From positions 1,284,044-1,348,043 of the forward strand of contig CBFFRQ010000018.1 of NCBI GenBank assembly GCA_965644315.1: a stretch of DNA of 64,000 nucleotides, given 5' to 3'. Shown one piece after another: positions 22,460 to 35,053 of this stretch (position 1 is the stretch's first letter; each line of letters begins with the position of its first letter). The notes below the pieces were generated by a model. That model was not told where the DNA came from, searched no databases, and saw nothing but the letters and a program-made list of their open reading frames with translations. The translations under genes and the position numbers were made by a program. The stretch is from Caecitellus pseudoparvulus (Eukaryota; Protista; Bigyra: Bicosoecida).

Positions 22460-24360
22460 ATGGTCAAGCATGAGGAAGTGCTGACCTTCATCACAGTCGG
22501 TGAGTTCGTGCCCTGCGCGACTGGTTCCCTCGCGGAATTTGGATGCACCTTGCATCGCCGGCAACCCACAGGAGGGTGCACTGTGGTAGCGCTCCTTGCG
22601 GGGACGACGAACGATTTTTCCTTGATAAAGGACTATGTTGCGATGGATGTCGGCATGGGGGCCGTCGCTGCGGCTTTCCTCACGTGAGTTGCTAGGCCAG
22701 TGCGCAGCATTCCGTGGGACACCCAACCCTACTGAGGCTGTGCAGGTCCATCGGCTCCGGGCTGCTCATGTTCGGGGCGCTGGGGGGCGCCATTGGCGAT
22801 AGGTATGGCTACCACTGGGCAGTCGCCATGGGGAGCACAGCAGTGGTGGCTGGGTACCTTCTCATGTCCGTCATCACCGCAGCTTGGGCGCTGTTCCCTG
22901 CCTACACCCTCGTCGGCGTCGGCTCGGGGACCATGTTTGCGGGGGCCCTGTCACAGGCCGTCATCACGGGGAAAGCGTGGGCCCTCGGCATTGTGTCCTT
23001 GGCCATGAGTCTCAGCCTGAGCATCACCAACACGCTGCAGCAGGGCATAGCCAATGAACTGTGCTACGTGGAAACCGACGAAGCTGGCCGTGTGCAAGGG
23101 GACCCAGCCTGCTGGCGGACGGCAGTGGTCGTGTACGCCATCGCAGTCGCTGCTGCAGGGGTGCTGGGTTGTCCTCTCATGGTGCGCCCCGTGGCGTTGC
23201 GGGTGGTGGCCCTCTTCGACGCGTGCTGCTCCGGGGGTGCTGTGCCGCCAGCGCAGGGCTATGCGTCTGTGGACGAGGAGGCAGCGCGAGGTGCCGCCCC
23301 TGATGGCGCTCCTGCCCCAGCGTCCGGGCTTGCTGCGACAAGCCAGGCCACGGCGCCCGACGAGAGCGCTTTGGAGGCGGGGAGTGGAGGGGCTCTTGTC
23401 GAGATGTCGGGGCCAGTCGGCGCGGCTGCCGACGCTGCCCAGGACCCGTCCACGCCCCTCACTGAGGGAGGCGAAGACGATGCGCGCTCCCAGTGCAGCA
23501 GCACCTATGGTTCTCTGGGAGGGAGGGTTGAGGAAGGTGCAGTGCTGGGCATGCCAGTCCCCACGCAGTCACAGACGGCGGAGCAGGGCGACGTTGAGAC
23601 AGAGGCGTTCTCGTACATCCACAGGCCTGTCAAGTGGCGCCAAGCGGCTCAAGTCTGCCGAGAGCCGTACTTCCTGGTGCTGGCGCTGGCGTACGCCATG
23701 GGCATGGGCACCGGTGTGTACGTGGTCACAGCCCTGCCCGACATGTACGGGGACGTCGTTTCTCCCTGCGTCCAGGCCCCAGAGGCGGCACCTTGCGTAA
23801 GGGATGAAGTGCCCGTGTATGATGGGGCGCTGAGCTTGGCGGTGACGCTGTCGCTTTTTGCCGTGTTCAATGGCGTGTGCAACGTTGCCGCGCCGCAGCT
23901 TGCACAGCGCTGGCACGAGGCTGGCCGCTTGCGCCTGCACCACTGTGTTGCTGGGAACCTGATAGTTGCGGCCATTCTGCTGGGCGCAAGCGCTGCTTTG
24001 TCGCTTGGCGTGGGGAGTATGTCTCCCAACATTGGCGCCACCTCCAAGGACTTGCAAGGGATGGGAGCCGCCCTACTCGCGCTGCAAGGCGCGACCTTCG
24101 GCATCTCCCTGTCCGTGCTGCCTCAAGCAGCTCTGGATGCGTTCGGAGCGCCAAACTACGGCACCATCTTCGGACTCCTGCAACTGGGCGGTATCGTCTA
24201 CTTTATCTCCCTGCCGCCCCTCGCACGGGCTGTAGCAGACGCCAGCCATGGGTGGGGCTACAATCACGCAGGGGTCGCCGTAGCGACATTGTTCACTGGG
24301 GTGCTGCTCGCTGTCTCTTCGCCGCGCTCTGCGCGCTGGGCTGCTGGCGCAGCTGAGTAA
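22460..24360 (+). CDS. Major facilitator superfamily transporter (nodulin-like/MCH1-like)
   Basis: About 12 hydrophobic segments, motif A GAIGDRYG, DAFGAPNYGTIFG, long central loop. Introns 22500-22571 and 22684-22745 give a continuous frame. Confidence 0.85.
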
Positions 24361-25025
24361 AGCCAACTGTCCCCAACCGCTGCCACCTGCTGTGGCAGCG
24401 CTGCTGGAGCATGGTTGCGTGTGACTTCCTTGAAATGCACATGCCCTGACGCTGCCACAGTGGCCACCAGAAGCGTTTTGGCTGTCCTTGTGGCCAGACG
24501 TGAGAGCGACGCTACATGTAGCACGGTGGGTGGCGAATCAGCCGCCCGCAGCACCAACACCATGTGCTGCGCATGGGCACATACGGGGTCCGTGCCGTAC
24601 AGCAGGAAATCCACCCCATATCGCCCGCCGTCCGTGACACGCCACCCTTCCAGCAAAAGGCTCCTCAGCACAGCAGCCTTGATGAGGTCGCACGTTGCTG
24701 CCAATGTATCCACCGACACTGCCTCAGAGGCTGTTGAGGACAGGACGGTCAAGACCCCAGCTTCTGCCAGCAGAAAAGCTTCCTCTGCAGACAGGGCCAC
24801 TGGTAAGGCGCCATCTTTCCCACGGAGGTGGGCCTTGAGGCCCGGCAGCGCCCCGACAGCGGCCGTTCCCACGCCATACGTGGTGCGAAGGTGAGCTGCT
24901 GTAGCCGCGTCCCAGACCAGGTACGACCCAGCAGTCTCAAACGCGGCGTGCGTTCCTGGCCCAGCTCCCGGACTTTCCGCCCAAGCCTTGCACTGTATCT
25001 CGTTTGGAGACAGGTCGCTGGCCAT
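24264..25025 (-). CDS. TSEN34: tRNA-splicing endonuclease catalytic subunit Sen34-like
   Basis: LPVALSAEEAFLL; GGRYGVDFLLYGTDPVCAHA and RLATRTAKTLLVA carry the Tyr/His/Lys triad. Start taken as ATG 25025 (MASDLS). Confidence 0.8.
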   Translation of the reverse strand: MASDLSPNEIQCKAWAESPGAGPGTHAAFETAGSYLVWDAATAAHLRTTYGVGTAAVGALPGLKAHLRGKDGALPVALSAEEAFLLAEAGVLTVLSSTASEAVSVDTLAATCDLIKAAVLRSLLLEGWRVTDGGRYGVDFLLYGTDPVCAHAQHMVLVLRAADSPPTVLHVASLSRLATRTAKTLLVATVAASGHVHFKEVTRNHAPAALPQQVAAVGDSWLYSAAPAAQRAERGEETASSTPVNNVATATPA

Positions 25026-25441
25026 GCCAGCTGCGGAAACTGCTTCAGAGAGCCAGCCGCTCGCAGGCCTGGCCCAAGTCTGCAGGGAGGCGCAGGAGCC
25101 GCGATCCACATGTGCTTTCTGATGCACATGTTCCATATTGGTGCTTGGGTCGGGCAATGTTGGCGAGGGGAAGGGGGGGGGCCCTCCTGGCTGCGCAGGC
25201 ACCCCCCACCAAGCTTCGTGAGGAGGGAGGGGGGTGCAAGCCGGGCCAGCCCCAACAAGCGACACGTGCTGGCAAATCAGGCAGCCTACGCGCCGGCCCT
25301 GCATGCAGTTTGGGTGGGTCTGGGGTATGGGGCCTTCCCACTTGCGCTGGAGGGGCTGCGCACGGCGAGCAGGCGTGGCATAATCTTGGCCTTGCTTCAC
25401 TTGGTGCAGTGCAGCTGTGGGAGGGGGAAGACAGCGCAGCG

Positions 25442-28400
25442 ATGCAGCCCCATGCTCATTCTGCATGCCTCAAGGCAAACTGCCCTGTCTTCAGCCCTCA
25501 GTTCTACCTTCGAACGAAGTGCACAAACTGCGGCCACAGCATTGTGCACCACCGTGCAGTGCCAATCGACCTGCAACCGTCATGGGCGAACCTCGGCCTG
25601 CTGTCTGGTGCGCTTGGGACGACAGGCAGGACCAAGACCGTGACTGTGGAGCCGTTCATATGGCCCCGCATGACCAACCGAGAGGTTGCAGAGACAGTGG
25701 AAGTCCTGGTGACTGTGCATGACCTGGACATCTCCACAGTCAGCCGCACGGTCTTCCCCGACGGCAGCAGGCTGACTGCCGCGGCCCGAGCGGTGTCCAG
25801 CGTCTTTACCCGGGAGAGCACCCAACTGGAGCAGCTGCCTGGCAGGTGGTATGTGGAACTGGCACTGTCAGGTGGTGTGGAGACCCCCAGAGCCTTACCA
25901 GCCAGGCTGGTTGCCGCGAGACGGGCGAGTGACGAAGTCGCAGCGGCTGTGACGACGGGTACGGCGGGTGCTGTGACACCCATTGCAGGCCAGCCAGTGC
26001 CTCAGCAGGTCTCAGACCCAGGCACGCGGACGCGGCAGCGCCGTCGCAGTACCAGTGTGCGCACGCTGCCGACAGTGACGGAAGGCTTCCCCGGGCGTCG
26101 TCGACGCCGCCAAAACTCGCGCACCATCATCAGTTTGGCGGGGGCAGCGGGCGACGCTGCTCCAAAGACCGCCACCATACACAAGGCAAAGTATGACGCC
26201 TTTGGCTTTGGCCCCGCCTCGCGCAGCGGACTGGAGGCGTGGTACAGGGAGGCGGTGGGCAAGCGCGGCGGGCGCTTGCCACAGCCGTCTCGCATTAGCG
26301 GCGCCTTTGGAGCCTCTGGACGACCCCTCTTTCCGAAGGTCACCCTGCCACCAGACGCCGTGCACTCGACTTGCACAACGAAGCCCATCGGCAGGGTACT
26401 GCGCTTTCAAGTGGCTGTGCCACTGCGCTTGCCCCGCTCCTCCAGCCTTGCCTCCACATCCTTCGTCAATGCCGTGCTTGTGTACGAGTCTGACCGGGGT
26501 GCAGTGACGATAGGCAGTGTGGATTTTAAGGTCAGTTCCCTGCTGGGCAGGGGGCAGCGAAAGCGGGCAGGCAGTGGCCTCACACGCAGCACAACGACGA
26601 CCAAAACGCTGGAGAGCAAGTGTGGAGCTGTGGGGCAGATCACCTTGTTCCTGCGCCCGCTGCTGCCCCTTCGCATCTTCCGTGTGAGCCCCGTGCTGCT
26701 CCGCAGCACAATCAGCCGGACCTTTGTCTTTCGGGGCTCTTCCCGCAACCGACAGCTGATCGTGCGGGAGGAAGCTGCGGAGTCCTTGCTGGGGGTGCAG
26801 GTGCCAGCTCAGTTTCTAGACTATCGCCACCTTCGCCTATTGCACCAGCGCAGCTTGCTGCAGGATACTCTCAAGTGCCTCTTGGACAGCCTGCCGCTTG
26901 CCCAACCGCTGACAGTGCAGGCGTACTTGGACAGTGAGAGTGACTCGTTAAAGTTGAGAAGGGATGCCAAGAACCTCTCTCAGTCCGGTGAATTGCTCCT
27001 GCCGCTTCCAGAGGTGCGCCGCCCTGGGCAGATCCCGGCGTTTGGATGGGGCCCAGTGCGGGACCGCTTCAGCAGTCGAGCAGGGCCAGGTCGCAGAGCA
27101 TCTGTGCGGCCTGGAGCCCAGCAGCGCCCCAGGCCTCCACGGCCAGACAGTCCCCAGCCGGGAGATTTGGAGAGAGGTTTCGAGTCTGTCTCAAGGCCGC
27201 CCTCCCTAGTGGACTCCGCGGCGAGTGATTCTTCCGATGCCGCTTCAGACACCGCCATGGATTTGCATGATTTCCACTACCCCATTTCGCCGCAGAGCCT
27301 GGCTTGGCGGCGCAAAGTTGCGAAGTGGCTCTGGGGTGTGCTACGGAGGCTTGCTGCTGCGTTGGACCGCACTAAATCGCTGTCCGAGGCGTACGCCAAA
27401 GTCTACACTCACGCACGCAGGTGGGGGTGCATGTACAACAGCCGTGGCATGGACTCCTTGAGTGCTGACGAGGAGTTGGCGTGCAATGCTGTGCGGGGCC
27501 GGGGTCTGGTGCGCACAGCGCCCTTTTTCAAGCCCAGTACACTCAAGAAGGAGCCCGCGCTTTCTGCCATGCCAATCAATCTGCACCTGCAGGTGCTCAG
27601 CGTTGAGGAGAAACAGCTACCTGTAGCACAGGTTCGGCCGCCCACGGGGGTGCCCTCAGGCACGTACTTCTCAGACATGCCAGGCGGCCGTGGAGTGGAA
27701 GATGACGAAGCGGTGGATTGCTATGATATGGTGAAGGCTCCTCTGCAGCTTGGCTCTGTCACTTCCAAGCGCCCTTCCCTTGTGTATGGAGCACGATTTG
27801 CGGCAGGCTATGCAAAGCCTGCTGATGCAGTGTCATCGGGGTGGCAAGCAGGCAGCATCAAGGCTGACGCTGCCATTTGGGGCTGGGGCCATGAAGTTGG
27901 GCGCCAGCGCCGCCAAAGCAGCATCCAGCAGACACTCTACAACCGCCCTCGCTTGATGTCCTCCTCAGCTGATGCTGAAGCGCTGGCACAGCTCGCTGCA
28001 GCCGGAGGCGTCGGCGGGAAGAGTGGGTCACAGTCCACTCTTCGCACTGTTCAGGGACGAGGCGGTGGAGTTCGGCACGAGTGGGTGGACCCCAACGCGC
28101 CGACGGCACGCGAACGCTCCTCCTCAGAAGCTCGTCGTGATCGAAAGGCGCGACCCCGACCTAGAGCGAGCACTGTGGCACATCCCGGAACTTCACGGAG
28201 GATCGGAAGCGCTGCAAGTCGAAAGGTGCACTCCACCAGCGGCTCCCTCCACTCCCCTGGCTTGTCGGTGCGTGAGACGAAGGCCAGTGGTGCGACTGGG
28301 CCTCCTCATCGATCACGAATGACGCCAAGCGGGAAGTGTATCCGTGCCGGACGCTCTGCATCACACGAGGGAGGTGAAAAACAGCGCCGTGAAGAAGGCC

Positions 28401-31400
28401 AAATCTCCGAACCCAGCAAGTCCAGTACTGAGGACGGAGAAAGCCCCCCGCTCGGAGATGCTGCAGACTTGACCGCACAGGAGCTGGATACGTCAGCTCA
28501 GCACACAAGAGTTTCACACAGCACTCGGCGCGCATTGCAAGATGCGTCTTATCGCGGTTCCCGTGTCGGCTCTCTGGCCATGCCCTCGACGAGTGCCAGG
28601 CAGGGCACCGGCGCCACATCAGACCTGGCGCACAGAGTGCTTGGAGGGCTTTTGGCAGATGAGCAAGACACTGAGACTGGCCCAGACATGGCAGAGGCAT
28701 TGCTCATGGCCACAATGACCGCAGGGGGCGCAGATGCTGACGATGCTAGTACAGAGCAGCGGACGGAAGCTTCGTCCATGTCGCTGAGAGAGCCGGCTCC
28801 GCATGTCAGTTCGCCCGAAGACTTACTGGCAGATTCGGAGCTGCTCTCCAGTGGTGGCAGCCTGTCACCTCAGCAACACACCTCGCGTCCCCCCCCCCTA
28901 CGGCCTCAGCGGGTCCCTCCGCCAGCCCCCCCGCCAAGCCATCCCCGCGCAAGCCCCCCGCCCCACCCTCACCAGAACAGACTGTGAGGCAAGTCAACTT
29001 ATCGTCTGCACCAAAGCGCCCTCGCTTCGTGGCACCAGAGGAAGGTGTGGCCCAATCGAAGCACGGCCGCCGCAAGCGGCCTTCAACTTTGTTCGTCGCC
29101 AGCCGCGATGGAACACGAGGCTCAACACCGCGAACGCGGGCCAATGCCCTGCACGCCCCACCCCCCATCGTTACCCCTGAAGAGATTGTGGATACACTGG
29201 AAGCGTTCAAGGGGGCGCGATCCAAGTTGCGCGGCCGCTTGAAGGCAAGCGGCGGCAGTGCCTATTGCTACGCCACAGTGACCTTGGGGGCGCCAGCTTC
29301 CCATGCGCGTGGCTTTGGATCCCGGGGGCTGTATGAAAGACGCAAAGAGTTGCCGGACGTGTCAGAATCTCTCCCTGCCATGCTCTTCCTCGATTCATGG
29401 GTTTCTATTGTCTCCGAAGCGGTCCGCGCTCGCCTTCGGCAGGAAGCTGATGCTGTGGCTGAAGCCCGACTTGCTGCTGCCGAAGTAAGCCAGCTGACAG
29501 CGCGTTCTCCCCAAAGGCACAGGTCTTCAGCTGGTAGTGCCACAGAAGCGGCCCCACTGTCGCCCGTGCATGCTCCAGGAGCTGCGGCGCTGGCAGCTCT
29601 GGCGTCTCTCGGGGACAGTGCTGTGGACCTCCGCTTCACGGAAAAAGGGGTGCACACCATTAACCATGCTCTGTCGCTTACCGAACGAGAGGATGACGTC
29701 CTGCCACAGCTTCTGGCTGCGGTGTTGACGGCCTTCACCTTCCAGCTGGACTATGCAGTCGCAGCCAAGCGTCTGAGCTACCTGGAGTACCTTGCTGAAG
29801 CTGGGTTCCTCGTGCATCTTGAGAGTTTGCTATCCACTGCTGGAGACGAAAGCGCCATGCTCCAGGACTTCATGGGGGCCAGTCGCCTGCTTGCGCGCGT
29901 CTCCTTGCGCCTGGTGCCGCGACGATCGCATGCCGAGCACGCTCAGGATGCTCCAGCTGCCCCGCAAGTGCAGCCAACCTTGTTCCCTTCCCCTGCCTCA
30001 CATCGCAGCCTGCACTCGCCGTCGGCAACTTCCTCAGATTCTGCGAGCGTCACGAGTGGGCAACCGTTAGTGGGGAAAGCAGGCGTCTCCAGCGGCCCTG
30101 CAGCGGGGGTGTTCACACCCCCCCCAGTCGCCAAGAGTGACAGCGACGCTGCACAGCGCTGTGTCTCTGCTCCAGTGCGGGGGATTTCGTCAAGCGCGGT
30201 GTCTCCTGGGGGCTTCCCAGCCCGATTCAGCCCCCCAGGCCTGCAGCGGGCAGCTCCCTCCGGCCCAACGTCCAGCGGCGTCAGACTAGAAGCGGAAGTG
30301 GCTGGCGGCACACCTGAAGGACAGTCCGCTCGAGATGGTGTGAGGAGCACATCAGAAACGAGCTTGGCATTCCAGCCACCTGCTCAGCCACATGCGGCCG
30401 TCGCCCCGCTGCCGTCGCGCCGCGGGAGCACTGTGGATCCGGAGGTGATGAGTTTTGTGAATGAGCTTGACGGAGGTGATGGAGGGCCCCTAGAGCGACA
30501 AGGGAGCATTGCGCGTCTGCGCCTTGTCCCCAGCAGGCGAGCAGTGAACAGGAGTGGCTCTTTTGTTGCAAGGGGGCGCAGCATCGACTTGCGCTCCCCC
30601 AAGCGGTCTGGCAGCGCGGTGTGGGGGCACCGGCAGCATGGTTCCATGAGCTTGACCAGCGCGCCACCCATGGAGCCTAGCATGCATGCGACAGGCGACC
30701 CCGGCGAAGCTGGGGATGGGGTGGAGCAAGGCCCACGGCCCCTGCCACGCAGAGGCTCGAGTTCCTTGCGGGACATGCTGCACCGCCGCAAAGCCCCTGC
30801 CCTGCAACGGCGCTCCCTCTCTTCCCGGGATTCACTGGTGCACTCCCTGTCTGAAGAAGGCCGCCGCCCTCCCGGCTTCGAAGTTGCCCGGCCGGTACCC
30901 TCGATACCGCTGGGCACCCCTGCCGAAGAGGGGCTTTGCCTTTCGTCCTCACCAAATGCCGAGGATGGCATTCAGGCGCATACTGGGGTCGATGTCGTGC
31001 CGGATATGTGCGATTCTCGAGAGGGAAGCGCCATCGGCTCTCTGGGTGAGGATGCGAAGGAAGCGAGTGGAAACTCTGTGACGCAACCCAGGGTGGTGAA
31101 CTGGCATTGGAAGCGCGGAGGTGCGACTTCTGGCTCACAAAGCTCGCCGTCCGGTGCTAGACCGGAGAGCAGTCTGTCCTTGGGCAGCTCCTCTGGCCTG
31201 GACAGCACAACCCTTGGAGTGCCCGAACCAGCCGATCAAGCGAGTCTCCGTGGGGATCAAAGCCAGCATGACGTCCGAGAAGCGATTGAGGTGGAGGAGC
31301 TCATCTCTAAGTTCACTGCAAATGAGCCAAGCAGCCTCGCCGGTGCAGCTGCGGCAGGCAGCGCCGCACCTGACTTTGGTAGTTTTCATAGCAGGCGCCG

Positions 31401-32829
31401 TAGCTCACGATCCGATGGCGAAGACGACGATGAAGGGTGGGCGCCCCGCCACAGGCGCGCTGAAGCAGCAGGCCCCGCGACGCCAGCTGTGGAGCGTCAC
31501 CTTCCTTCCGGCAAAGCGCAACTGCTGGAATTGTCTGCAATGCTCAGCGCCCGGATTAAGCGGAAGTCAATGGCTGCCGGGTGGCACAGGCAGGGGCCTT
31601 CCATGGCAGAGCAGCCCTCGCAACGAGGGGTCTCGTTGCAGGCCCTACAGCGCTTCTCCGCCCATGAAATGCGCAGGGTTGCGGGGCTTGTGGGCGATTT
31701 GAAGAGCATGACTGCCACGACAGCGCTGCTGGCTGACAGCGAGTCGGACATTGACCTTGACTTTGACTCAGGGGCGGAAGGGGAGGGAGGCAAGGCCAGA
31801 CAGGCGAGGCCCTCCATGACAGGAGACGAGCCGAAAGCCATGAGCAGTGGCTTGCGAGCCGCGGAAGCAGACCTGCGTGCCCTGCAGTTTGATACCCAGC
31901 AGCACGAGGCGGCAGCAGACCAAGCTGGTGAGGTGGCTTGGTTGGCAAGCCAGGCAAAGGCTGAGGATGGATTTGCCTCGCAGCACGGAGCAGTGTCCAG
32001 CAGCGCAGCAGTGGGCTCGGCACCACGCTCACCGCCGCTGAGGAAAGCCCGAACATCTTCCAGTGGTGACCACATCAGCACCCCAACCGGCACTCGACCT
32101 GGGCTTGACCTGAAGAGTGTCGGGTATGACCCCACTAGCGGGGAAGACACCGTTGTGAGGGCTGCTGCGGAAGCCAGCAGTCGGAGTGAGCTGGTCATTT
32201 CAGTGCCTATCCCGCACAAAGTGTACGAGCTCCTACCTAGTTCGCTGACCAGCCGCCCCGTTCAAGTGGTGCCGGTGATGTTCACGCAAGGCATCAACGA
32301 GCAACAGACCCTTGCGAATGCCGGCTGGGGCGCAGCCTCCGTGCAACGCGTCGTCAACATTGACGGCTATTGCCGCTTGAAGTCCTTTGCCAAGCAGCAC
32401 GCTGCCATGGCCCTCGGCTCCACCACGCAGAAGCTGTGGCAGGATCTAAGAACGCTGTGGTACGAGGTGCAGCGAGAGGTGCGGCGACCTGGCAAGCACG
32501 TGGGCGTGCTGACTGTGGCTGCTGACATCACCCGCATGCTGCACGGGGCCCGCATCACCTGCTGCAAGAGCGGGAAAGACCGCACGGCCATGAGTGTCAC
32601 ATATGAGCAGGCCCGGATTTTGCACCAGCGCCATGGTCTGCCCCGGAACCTGCTCCTGCCCAGCGCAAATTTGATGCGCCAACATGGAGTGCGCTTGCCC
32701 ATTGCTCACAAGAACGTGGGGTCGCCGCTGTACGCGTTCAATTCGCTACAGGTGCGCATGCTGCCATCTGAGTACAAGCCACCACCTGAAACTATTGCCA
32801 GCGTCGGCGGAACCAGTGTTGCCACCTAA
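25442..32829 (+). CDS. INPP4: Inositol polyphosphate 4-phosphatase (INPP4 type), about 2460 aa; frame changes at C10 run 28889-28898
   Basis: Ordered INPP4 blocks across both ORFs: LIVREEAAES, FKPSTLKK..PINLHLQ, VTLGAPASHARGF, ESLLSTAGDE, PVMFTQGINEQQTLA, catalytic CX5R CKSGKDRTAMSVT, YAFNSLQ. Confidence 0.9.
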
Positions 32830-34157
32830 ACCTGCGGATCTGCTCGTGGCTGTGCGGGGGGGTGTCTTTGCCCCTGGGCTGCCTGCGCTCGGACGGACCT
32901 CGCAGCAAGGTCTCTTGACCGAGCGGCTGCCCACGTTCCGAACCAAGCTGCGGTGGTGAGCGCGGCCACCCCCAGGATGACGCCAATGCTGCTGCCTGGC
33001 TCCTGCCACGTCATGAAGGAGTATAGAAACTTGCCGGGGTTGGAGAGGGAGTACATGGCATTGATGAATGCATACACGAGCATGGCGTAGACGACGTTGA
33101 GGCAGAACTGTGAGAGGACAGGAATGCGCCCAAGCGCGACATCCAGCAAGGGGTACATGATAGCTGAGTGAATGAGCGCGTTGCGGATTTCCCCGAAGCC
33201 CTGCTGACCCGCGGGATCGTACAACAGGCCCCAAAACAAGGGGGTGATCACCCAGCCAAAGCCCAGGGCAAACCCAAACACACACAAGACAGCGCGGTGC
33301 ACCCATGGGAAGTGCTCGTAGCGGCACCAAGCAGGCTTCCGCAACAAGGGATCGTATCCTTGTGCTTGAGTGACTGTGGTGAGGGAACACACAGCCCGCG
33401 CGGCCGGGCACGTGTTCGGCGGCTGCAGGTCGGCCTCCACCTCGCGGACTTGACTCGTTGCTCCGACGCAGCACGTGCAACACTGCTGCTGGGAAGCCAC
33501 ATGCGGCCCCCTTGCAGGGTGCACAGCATCATCGATGATGGGCACCTTGGCGCCATCTTGCAGCTTGGGGTGGCCGCTGGGCGGTGGGTGTCCTGGACCC
33601 ACTTCCTGTTGGACTTGAGCGTGGCTGCCTGGCTGCTGTGGCCCAAAAACCTGCACGACGCTAAGGACGCCTGCCGACAGCATGTACAGTGATGAAGCAT
33701 ACAGACCCCCTGCAGTGAGAACATCGCGCATTGAGCGGCGTGCAGCGCGCTCCACCGGGCTCGGAACTCACAGTACGACAGGTACCATAGCTTGGACACT
33801 GCCCGGGGGCTGTCCAGCACGAAGTCCACGACGCTGAAGGTGAAAATGCCAAGACTTAGAAGCAGACGGACCAGCGCATAAACTTGATCTGCCAGTAGGC
33901 TATCTGACCAGCCAAACCTGCGTGAAGCTTCATGGCTTGCCGGTGTGGTCCAGGAGACAAGTCCCGGTTTTGGTTGCCGCGACAGCAACTGCTCCTCACC
34001 TCCACAAGTTGTTGAAGTCCACGCCATCCTCGAAGCTTGCGCACCATACAACGCGTGAACAAACTCGCACTGAACTGCTTGGCGAGGGGCTGCCTTCAGG
34101 CACCGAGGAGGCACCAAGTTCAGCGCTAGTGGACCCGTGCACTTCTTCCACAGTCAT
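32826..34157 (-). CDS. Rolling stone / FAR-17a-AIG1-like multi-pass membrane protein; 3 exons
   Basis: Two GT-AG introns (~33998-33918 and ~33771-33710) give WYLSYWG; also ITPLFWGLL, LIHS, LYSFMTW; about 6 TM segments. Confidence 0.7.
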
Positions 34158-34463
34158 GGCTGCTGCTTGGCGATGGCCTGACGTGGCACTCAGCATGAAT
34201 GGTGAGAGCAATGAAAGGGGGGGGGGGCAGGCAGCAAGCAGGGCAAAGGTGGTGGGCGCACAGGAATTTCAGGTTAGGCTGAAAATTGCCCAGTACACAC
34301 TCCCCGCGAAGACCAGAGTGAGAGTCATCGCTATTCGGGGGCAAGCCGACACACCAGCTCCTTCAAGTCGGCACCAGCCAGTTCGACTACAGGCCCCAGC
34401 ACGCCGAGGGGGCCAAACGGGAAATCACACAAGGCGCGCTTCGTGGCGGCAGACTCCTTCATC

Positions 34464-35053
34464 ATGCGCTGGAGTTGCCTGGGCACATGGGCGTTGCTGG
34501 TGCTGTTGGCACAATGCTGCCTCGGTGCGTTGCGTTTCGCTTGCGGATCTTCAGCTGGTGACTTCACGCCCGAGCATGCCCTTTGCCGCAATGGCGCACA
34601 CCCTCACAGCATCGTACGACCAAATGAAGTATGTTTGTGATGAGGAGCAGCTGGAAAGCTGCGAGGAAAACCTGAGAGTCTGCTCTCGCAAACTGCAGGC
34701 CTTGGTGAGGGTGGCGTGAAACGGCAGGCCTTGTACACTCAGTAACCACAACCGACAGCATCTCTCCGCAGCGAGAGAGTGACGTCTTCTGCAAGTGCTT
34801 TTATGATCAGGTGCGTGGAAGGCACATAAGCTGCGGTGCCGGTGACGCAGTACGAACACTGCTCCCAGCACAGTACCTGTGCCTGCGAGACTGCAAGAGT
34901 CTCACAGACGACGTCACAGCTGAATGTTTGCGGAACTGCCCTGAAGAAAGCTGTAAGCCAAGGGAGCATAGTGCTGCAGCCGCCCATGGCGTGGCTTCCC
35001 TTGCAGGTGCGGTGGCTGTGACCGCCATGCTTGTCACCCTCTTCGGAGAGTAA
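34464..35053 (+). CDS. Small secreted 10-Cys protein with probable GPI-anchor signal (about 124 aa, 4 exons), unknown family
   Basis: Introns 34525-34609, 34705-34771 and 34811-34873 (all GT-AG) give MRWSCLGTWALLVLLAQCCLA-SYDQMKYVC...CLRNCPEESCKPREHS-AAAAHGVASLAGAVAVTAMLVTLFGE. Confidence 0.7.

Noticed and set aside
25004-25466. Longer N-termini given by the ORF track for TSEN34 (from 25466) and INPP4 (from 25004)
   Set aside because: They would overlap head-to-head with non-conserved sequence; more likely the shared promoter region with starts at 25025 and 25442.
34370-34400. GTTCGA resembling a tRNA T-loop
   Set aside because: No pairing T-stem or cloverleaf around it.
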